Positions 57,456 to 64,000 of a stretch of DNA of 64,000 bases are shown one piece after another. Made by a program: the position numbers and the translations under genes. The stretch is taken from positions 142,712 through 206,711 of the forward strand of contig JAVBJX010000004.1 of assembly GCA_031546705.1 (NCBI GenBank). Direction: 5' to 3'. The DNA comes from Bacillales bacterium. GTDB taxonomy: Bacteria > Bacillota > Bacilli > Bacillales > JAVBJX01. Under the pieces are notes generated by a model. It was given only the letters and a program-made list of their open reading frames with translations. It was not told the DNA's origin and made no database searches. Position 1 is the stretch's first letter. Each line of letters starts with the position of its first letter.

Positions 57456-59126
57456 TTAATCTACACTATAGGTTACTTTAAGTAATTCTTCGATTGTTGT
57501 TGTACCTTGCAAAACAAGTCGTTTACAATTGTCTTTTAAGGAAATCATTCCATTTCTTAGTGCTGCTTCATGAACAACATCATTAATAGCTCTTTCTACT
57601 ACTAATGCTCTAATTTCTCGATTGATTGGCATGATTTCATGAATAGCAATCCGACCTTTGTAGCCTGTTCGATTACAAATTGTACAGCCACTTCCTCGAT
57701 AAATTTTTGTACCTTCACTAACATCTAGTGTCTTTTGTTCTTCTTTTGTAACTGTGTATTCTCTTTTACAATTTGTACAAACTTTACGAACAAGACGTTG
57801 TGAAACAACTCCTACTAATGAAGTCGCTACTAGATAAGGATCAATTCCAATATCAATAAGACGAGTTACTGTTGATGCAGCATCATTTGTATGTATAGAA
57901 CTTAATACAAGATGACCTGTAATAGCTGCACGTACAGCAATTTGTGCGGTTTCTTCATCACGAACTTCTCCAAGAAATATAACATCAGGGTCTTGACGCA
58001 AAATAGAACGAAGACCGACTGAAAATGTTAGTCCTGCTTTTTGATTCACTTGTACTTGTGTAATTCCTTCTAAATTGTACTCAACAGGATCTTCAACTGT
58101 AATAATATTTTTACCTACTGAATTTATATCATTTAATATACTGTATAGTGTCGTACTCTTTCCGCTTCCAGTAGGTCCAGTAACAAGAATAATCCCATTT
58201 GGACTTTTAATAATCTTCTTTAGTAAAGCAAGGTTCTGGTCAATAAATCCTAGTGTTTCTTTTGACATAAGGAAGTTAAAACGATTCAAAATCCGAATTA
58301 CCACTTTTTCACCATGAACAGTAGGGAGTGTAGATATCCGCATATCAATATCGTGGTCTTTAACTTTGATTTCAATCCGTCCATCTTGTGGAATTCGTTT
58401 TTCAGCAATGTCCATTTTTCCCATAATTTTAATACGGGTGGTCATCGCTGTTTGAATAGTTTTTGTTACCGTCATCGTTTCTCTTAAGCTTCCATCGATA
58501 CGACACCGAATACGCACACTATCTTCATATGGTTCAATATGAATATCACTTGCTTTATCGTTAATTGCTTGTATAAGAATGTTGTTCACAAGTCGAACAA
58601 CTGGCGAATTAGCAATGTTTGCATCATCTTCATCCTCGAAATCTGGTAGTGTTTCAAGTTGTTCACGTTGATATTCTTCTACCGCACGTGCTGCATTACG
58701 TTTTCCATAATAACGTTCAATGGCATCAAGAATATCCTTCTTCGTTGCAATCGCCGGTTCGACATCCATACCTGTTGCAATGCTAATATCATCCATAGCA
58801 TAGATATTCATTGGATCTGCCATGGCAACAATTAATTTTTTATGTTCTTTTTTAACAGGAATAAGAAGATGCTTTTTCGCTAGGCTTTCGCTAATAAGAC
58901 GTACAGCTTCATACTCAACAGGATATTTCTCAAGATCTAAATGCGGAACTCCGAGTTGGAACTCCAATACTTCTATCATTTTCTCTTCTGTAATAATATT
59001 CTCTTCAATCAGGATTTCTCCGAGCTTCTTACCGTTGCTTCGTTGAAAATAAAGAGCATCTTGTAACTGCTCATCAGTAATCATTCCTGTTTCGATTAAC
59101 AAATCACCTAGACGTTTTTTTCTCAT
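57456..59126 (-). CDS. pilB: Extension ATPase PilB with N-terminal MshEN domain
   Basis: RLGDLLIETGMITDEQLQDALYFQ, ASDIHIEP, GPTGSGKST, CxxC/CxxC, GYKGR. Confidence 0.95.
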   Translation of the reverse strand: MRKKRLGDLLIETGMITDEQLQDALYFQRSNGKKLGEILIEENIITEEKMIEVLEFQLGVPHLDLEKYPVEYEAVRLISESLAKKHLLIPVKKEHKKLIVAMADPMNIYAMDDISIATGMDVEPAIATKKDILDAIERYYGKRNAARAVEEYQREQLETLPDFEDEDDANIANSPVVRLVNNILIQAINDKASDIHIEPYEDSVRIRCRIDGSLRETMTVTKTIQTAMTTRIKIMGKMDIAEKRIPQDGRIEIKVKDHDIDMRISTLPTVHGEKVVIRILNRFNFLMSKETLGFIDQNLALLKKIIKSPNGIILVTGPTGSGKSTTLYSILNDINSVGKNIITVEDPVEYNLEGITQVQVNQKAGLTFSVGLRSILRQDPDVIFLGEVRDEETAQIAVRAAITGHLVLSSIHTNDAASTVTRLIDIGIDPYLVATSLVGVVSQRLVRKVCTNCKREYTVTKEEQKTLDVSEGTKIYRGSGCTICNRTGYKGRIAIHEIMPINREIRALVVERAINDVVHEAALRNGMISLKDNCKRLVLQGTTTIEELLKVTYSVD

Positions 59127-59321
59127 TATTCTACCCTCTTTCTTGATTTATTCATCTCCCTTCATATTTATAATAACATACATAGGAAATAACACCATTC
59201 TTTACTGGTGATGCCAGCCCGAAATTTCTACAGATTATGACAAAAGTATTACAGGCTAGAGTTTAACAAATGAAGAAAGTTTTCAGTAGCAAGCGAATAT
59301 ATTTTTATGACTTTTTTAAAG

Positions 59322-59559
59322 TTAGGTATATAGACATACTTTTTATGAAAGAAAAATCCTAATTTACGAAGTATACCTCTTGTCTTTTATACTAGGTATT
59401 AAAAATATAATACCACTCTTTTTCGACAATAACAACCTAAAACCCTTATTTGATTTTGACAAAAACATTATAGATTAGGCTTTAATAAATAAAAAGTGAC
59501 ACGTGCTTTATAATAAATGTTTTATGATAATTTCATTTCCAATTAGGTATATAGACATA
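59322..59559. repeat. 17-bp perfect direct repeat upstream of pilB
   Basis: TTAGGTATATAGACATA at 59322-59338 and 59543-59559. Confidence 0.8.
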
Positions 59560-59771
59560 TTCTTTACCCGTGGTGCTGAAAGTTATCGTTCAATTAGCAC
59601 CACAGGTATCTACATATCTTTTTTACACTAGTTTTTTCTTTGTGAATAGATAGAATGAGTTATTTTGATATATTTATTTTTTGCTAGCCACAAGAATTTC
59701 ACAATCATTATGTATATTTTATTTACTATTCATGGTTAATTATTCTACAATTACGTTGTTTTATGCAGTTG

Positions 59772-59960
59772 TTATTTATGATTTTTTAGAAGTGATACGC
59801 CTATCTTCTTAATAGAATGTCCGACTGTGCATTCATGGACACAAAATGACTGAGCAAGATTTCTTCCTCTTTCTTTTCGCAAAGCCAGATTCACAAGACA
59901 TTCTTCGCAATATATGCTTTCTATTTCATCAATTTGCTTCAGCACTTCTTTTTTTTTCAT
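59772..59960 (-). CDS. YpeQ-like zinc-finger protein
   Basis: YCEEC...FCVHECTVG..IK.IG; divergent from the RNase H gene. Confidence 0.75.
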   Translation of the reverse strand: MKKKEVLKQIDEIESIYCEECLVNLALRKERGRNLAQSFCVHECTVGHSIKKIGVSLLKNHK

Positions 59961-60066
59961 CCCCAAATTTCTTACTCCTTTTCTTTTTCTCCTTTTCAAT
60001 CGACACTTTCTCGTGTATTCTAAAGAAATGAAGATTTATATTATACACGAAAATGAGGAAAATCAT

Positions 60067-60465
60067 GTGATTGAAGTATATATTGACGGTGCAAGTGCTG
60101 GAAATCCGGGATTATCAGGAGCTGGTGTATTTATTAAAGGTCACGGAAAATCAGAAAAATATGTGATTCCACTTGGAATAATGTCTAACCATGAAGCAGA
60201 ATTTCATTCGCTTATTAAGGGGCTAGAAATTTGTATAAAGAACAATTATCAAACCGTTTCCTTCCGCACAGACTCAGAACTTGTCGAACGGGCAATTGCA
60301 AAAAAATTTATAAAAAACAAACAGTTCTTGCCGCTTTTTCAAGAAGCTTTACACTTATCTTCCAAGTTGCAATTATTTTTTTTGAAATGGGTTCCAAGTA
60401 AACAAAATAGTGTTGCTGATGAACTAGCAAGAAAAGCGATTACTTTAAATGAAATGGAGAATTAA
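60067..60465 (+). CDS. RNase HI-like protein (YpdQ/RnhA type)
   Basis: YIDGASAGNPG, NHEAE, TDSELV, WVP..QN..ADELA; start GTG 60067. Confidence 0.88.
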   Translation: MIEVYIDGASAGNPGLSGAGVFIKGHGKSEKYVIPLGIMSNHEAEFHSLIKGLEICIKNNYQTVSFRTDSELVERAIAKKFIKNKQFLPLFQEALHLSSKLQLFFLKWVPSKQNSVADELARKAITLNEMEN

Positions 60466-60467
60466 CA

Positions 60468-61442
60468 ATGAGAAAAAAACAACTCATTTCAGAGGTTGCA
60501 TTACTATTCGTTGCTTTTGCCTGGGGAGCTACTTTTTTACTCGTTCAAAATGCTGTTGATACACTCCCAACTTTTATGTATAATGGTGTTCGCTTTTTGC
60601 TTGCTTTTCTATTTTTACTCGTATGGCTTTTATTATCCAAGAAAAAATCTCTTCCACACTTTAATAAACAATTGATTTTATCTGGTATGTTACTTGGAAG
60701 TATTTTGTGTGCTGGATACTTATTACAAACGATTGGACTACGCTTTACTACATCGGCAAAAGCAGGTTTTATTACTGGGCTATGCTTTGTGCTTGTTCCT
60801 TTTCTTAGCTTCTTACTGCTTAAAGAAAAACCACGTGTTAATGCAATTGTTGGCGTAATTCTTGCCGCTATTGGCTTATACTTACTGACATCAGGTGTTA
60901 GTACACAAATGAATAAAGGAGATGTCTTTGAATTTTTTTGTGCAATTGCCTTTGGTTTTCATATTGTGTTAACTGGAAAATATGCTATGTCCTATCCAGC
61001 CCTGCTTTTAACTATTGTGCAAATGGCTACGGTTTGTGTTATTAGCTTTTCGATTTCTTTTATCACGTATGGCTTACATCATGTTTTAGACTTACAAGAT
61101 ACTTCATTTCTTGTAACTATTGACCAAATGTTTTATGAGGATATATCTATTTTAGTTAATCCTGATATTATGTTTAGCAAGGAGATTATGCTCTCCTTAT
61201 TTATCACTTCTATTTTTGCAACGGCACTTGCTTTCTTTATTCAAACAACTTGTCAGCAATATTCATCACCAACAAGAGCGGCACTTATTATGGCAATGGA
61301 GCCTGTTTTTGCGGCACTAGTTGCGGTTTTGTTTGCTGGTGAAACAATTACATGGATTGCTTTGATGGGTGGATCACTTATTTTTATTGGCATGATTTCT
61401 GCGGAAATTCAGTGGACAAAGAAAAGTACGTTAATGATGTAG
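60468..61442 (+). CDS. DMT/EamA family transporter
   Basis: WGATF, QTIGL..TT...AGFITG, MEPVFA; about 10 TM segments. Confidence 0.88.
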   Translation: MRKKQLISEVALLFVAFAWGATFLLVQNAVDTLPTFMYNGVRFLLAFLFLLVWLLLSKKKSLPHFNKQLILSGMLLGSILCAGYLLQTIGLRFTTSAKAGFITGLCFVLVPFLSFLLLKEKPRVNAIVGVILAAIGLYLLTSGVSTQMNKGDVFEFFCAIAFGFHIVLTGKYAMSYPALLLTIVQMATVCVISFSISFITYGLHHVLDLQDTSFLVTIDQMFYEDISILVNPDIMFSKEIMLSLFITSIFATALAFFIQTTCQQYSSPTRAALIMAMEPVFAALVAVLFAGETITWIALMGGSLIFIGMISAEIQWTKKSTLMM

Positions 61443-61445
61443 CAA

Positions 61446-61487
61446 AAAATGAGACAAGGGGAACGAACTCCCCCTGTCTCATTTTTT
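61446..61487. terminator. Bidirectional terminator
   Basis: AAAAATGAGACAAGGGG...CCCCCTGTCTCATTTTTT. Confidence 0.8.
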
Positions 61488-64000
61488 ATTTCAATTTATC
61501 TCGAAGTACCATCGGTAAAATACCGCCATGACGGTAATAATCAATTTCTACTTCACTATCAAAGCGAACCAATGCTTCAAATTCTTTCTTTTCTCCTGCT
61601 TCAGTTACTACAGTTACCTTTACTATATCACGAGGTTTAACTGTTTCATCAACATGAATGGTTAATGCTTCTTTTCCTGTTAAGCCAAGAGAAGCGGCAC
61701 TTTCCCCATCTTTGAATTCAAGTGGTAATACACCCATTAATACAAGATTTGAGCGGTGAATACGCTCAAAACTCTCAGCAATAACTGCTTTAATTCCAAG
61801 TAAGAATGTTCCTTTTGCTGCCCAGTCACGAGAACTTCCCATTCCGTAGTCTTTTCCAGCTAAAACGATTAAACCTGTGCCATCTTTTTTGTAGTTCATA
61901 CAAGCATCATAAATTGACATCACTTCATCAGTTGGCCAGTACGTTGTGTAACCGCCTTCTGTACCCGGAGCAACTTGGTTACGAATGCGAATATTTGCAA
62001 ATGTACCACGCATCATTACTTCATGATGTCCACGGCGTGAACCGTAGGAGTTGAAGTCTTTTGGCTCTACACCTCTTGATTGTAAGTATTGCCCTGCTGG
62101 TGTATTTTTGCCAATAACCCCTGCTGGTGAAATGTGATCTGTTGTAACAGAATCAGCAAATTTTGCAACAACACGTAAAGAATTAAGTTGTTTTACTTCG
62201 CCAGCTTCTTTAGATAACCCTTCAAAGAATGTTGGGTTAGCAATATAAGTAGAATCATCATCCCATGTGTATAATGCATCTTCTGTTGTTTTGATTTCAT
62301 TCCAACGTGCGTTGTCAGTAAAAACATTTTCGTATTCTCTACGGAATAATTCTGGTGTAACAGTTTTCTTAACTACTTCTTTAATTTCATCATGAGAAGG
62401 CCAGATGTCTTTGAAGAATACATCACTACCATCTTTGTCTTTACCAAGTGAGTCTTTTTGAAGATCAATGTTTACAGTTCCAACTAAAGCATATGCCACA
62501 ACAAGTGGCGGTGATGCTAGATAATTTCCTTTAACAAGTGGATGAATACGCCCTTCAAAGTTACGGTTACCAGATAAAACACTTGTTACAAGTAAATCAT
62601 TATCTTTAATTGCTTCTTCTACTTCAGCCGATAATGGTCCCGAATTTCCGATACAAGTTGTACAACCATAACCAACAATGTTAAATCCTAATTTTTCTAA
62701 GTATGGAAGTAATCCAGAATCTGTCAAGTAACCTGTAACAACTTTTGATCCTGGTGCAAGTGATGTTTTTACATAGCTTGGTGGCACTAAGCCTTTTTCT
62801 ACCGCTTTCTTAGCTACAAGACCTGCTGCTACTAATACATATGGATTTGATGTGTTTGTACAACTTGTAATTGAAGCAATTCCAATTGCTCCTGTTTTCA
62901 TTGTTACATTTTCACCATTTAAACTAAATGTCATTTCTTTATCTAAATCAGCTTTAGAAAGTCCAAATCCTTGGTTTCCTTGTGCTTCCATTGCTGTATG
63001 GAAAGCTGATTTCATTTGTGATAATGGAATTAAATCTTGTGGGCGTTTTGGTCCTGAAAGATTTGCTTCAATATCCGCTAAATTAATTTCAATTACCTCT
63101 GTAAATGTTGGGTCCTCTGCACCAGCTACATAGAATAGCCCGTTCGCTTTACAGTATGCTTCTACTACTTGAATATGGTCTTCACTGCGACCTGTTAAAC
63201 GTAAATATTCAAGTGCTTCGGCATCTACTGGGAAGAATCCACAAGTTGCTCCGTATTCAGGAGCCATATTAGCGATTGTTGCACGGTCTGCAAGTGGAAG
63301 TTCGGCAATACCTTCTCCATAGAACTCAACAAATTTATTAACAACGCCTTTTTTACGAAGCTCTTGTGTAACTTTTAAAGCTAAATCCGTAGCTGTTGTT
63401 CCGTTTGGTAATTTACCTACTAATTTAACACCAATAACTTCTGGAGCTGGGAAATAAGAAGGTTGCCCAAGCATTCCTGCTTCTGCTTCAATACCACCAA
63501 CACCCCAACCAAGTACACCAATACCATTAATCATCGTTGTATGAGAATCTGTACCAACTAATGTATCAGGAAAAGTTAAAGTTTCTCCGTCCACTTCAAC
63601 TACACGAACAACATCAGCTAAATACTCTAAATTTACTTGGTGAACAATCCCTGTTGCTGGGGGAACAGCACGATAGTTATCAAATGCTTTTTGTGCCCAA
63701 CTCAGGAAATTATAACGCTCTGCATTACGTTCAAATTCAAGATCCATATTGAAATCTAATGAATCATCCGTACCTGCTTTATCTACTTGTACAGAGTGGT
63801 CAATAACTAAGTCAACTGGAATTTCTGGATTAATTTTATCCGGATCCCCACCTAAATCTTGCATTGCTTTACGCATAGATGCTAGGTCAACAACTGCTGG
63901 AACACCAGTGAAATCTTGCAGGATAACCCGTGATGGTTTGAATGGAACATCTACTTCTTTTTGCTCGTCTGTTCCCCATTTCACTAGGTTTTCTACGTGT
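61486..64000 (-). CDS. citB: Aconitate hydratase A (N-terminus outside window)
   Basis: [46 protein letters not shown]. Confidence 0.97.
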   Translation of the reverse strand, partial: HVENLVKWGTDEQKEVDVPFKPSRVILQDFTGVPAVVDLASMRKAMQDLGGDPDKINPEIPVDLVIDHSVQVDKAGTDDSLDFNMDLEFERNAERYNFLSWAQKAFDNYRAVPPATGIVHQVNLEYLADVVRVVEVDGETLTFPDTLVGTDSHTTMINGIGVLGWGVGGIEAEAGMLGQPSYFPAPEVIGVKLVGKLPNGTTATDLALKVTQELRKKGVVNKFVEFYGEGIAELPLADRATIANMAPEYGATCGFFPVDAEALEYLRLTGRSEDHIQVVEAYCKANGLFYVAGAEDPTFTEVIEINLADIEANLSGPKRPQDLIPLSQMKSAFHTAMEAQGNQGFGLSKADLDKEMTFSLNGENVTMKTGAIGIASITSCTNTSNPYVLVAAGLVAKKAVEKGLVPPSYVKTSLAPGSKVVTGYLTDSGLLPYLEKLGFNIVGYGCTTCIGNSGPLSAEVEEAIKDNDLLVTSVLSGNRNFEGRIHPLVKGNYLASPPLVVAYALVGTVNIDLQKDSLGKDKDGSDVFFKDIWPSHDEIKEVVKKTVTPELFRREYENVFTDNARWNEIKTTEDALYTWDDDSTYIANPTFFEGLSKEAGEVKQLNSLRVVAKFADSVTTDHISPAGVIGKNTPAGQYLQSRGVEPKDFNSYGSRRGHHEVMMRGTFANIRIRNQVAPGTEGGYTTYWPTDEVMSIYDACMNYKKDGTGLIVLAGKDYGMGSSRDWAAKGTFLLGIKAVIAESFERIHRSNLVLMGVLPLEFKDGESAASLGLTGKEALTIHVDETVKPRDIVKVTVVTEAGEKKEFEALVRFDSEVEIDYYRHGGILPMVLRDKLK

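Noticed and set aside
54681-59126. ComG competence pseudopilus or T2SS
   Set aside because: PilT (AIRNLIRE) and PilMNO are present, which defines type IVa pili.
59127-59320. c-di-GMP riboswitch upstream of pilB (as in Clostridia)
   Set aside because: No GCAAA...GAAA...GCAAAG class I core or class II motifs recognisable by eye; an Rfam scan would settle it.
2742-63752. Numerous 60-180 aa ORFs overlapping larger genes on the opposite strand or frame
   Set aside because: Shadow ORFs of well-supported genes, lacking family motifs.

Overview
Low-GC Bacillaceae chromosomal window. Gene order resembles the B. subtilis terminus-side des/yng/yod/cspD/ypeQ/citB region, interrupted by several accessory inserts. 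The housekeeping content is des-desKR, ktr, a TetR-led yng-type branched-chain acyl-CoA catabolic operon, merR-yhdP, glnA, ilvA, Mn-catalase, yodJ-deoD-yodL-yodN, crcB, corA, cspD, RNase H and aconitase. Main highlights: (1) a long-A prokaryotic Argonaute at 1-2037 (-), absent from the ORF track because it runs off the window edge, with three of the four catalytic residues visible; (2) a translationally coupled Zorya-like zorA-zorB-zorC(EH-signature) operon with no ZorD/ZorE/ZorF/ZorG, followed instead by an unannotated 52-aa single-TM ORF and a terminator, a candidate undescribed Gram-positive Zorya variant; (3) a complete PilT-containing type IVa pilus locus ending in an 1891-aa secreted protein of 8 repeats, 5 of which carry a circularly permuted F5/8C (CBM32-like) domain inserted at the same point; (4) an MgtL-like leader peptide upstream of corA; (5) a dispersed family of at least 8 hairpins with a shared loop. 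No rRNA, tRNA, CRISPR array or transposase was seen. All family assignments come from recognising motifs by eye; no database searches were run.
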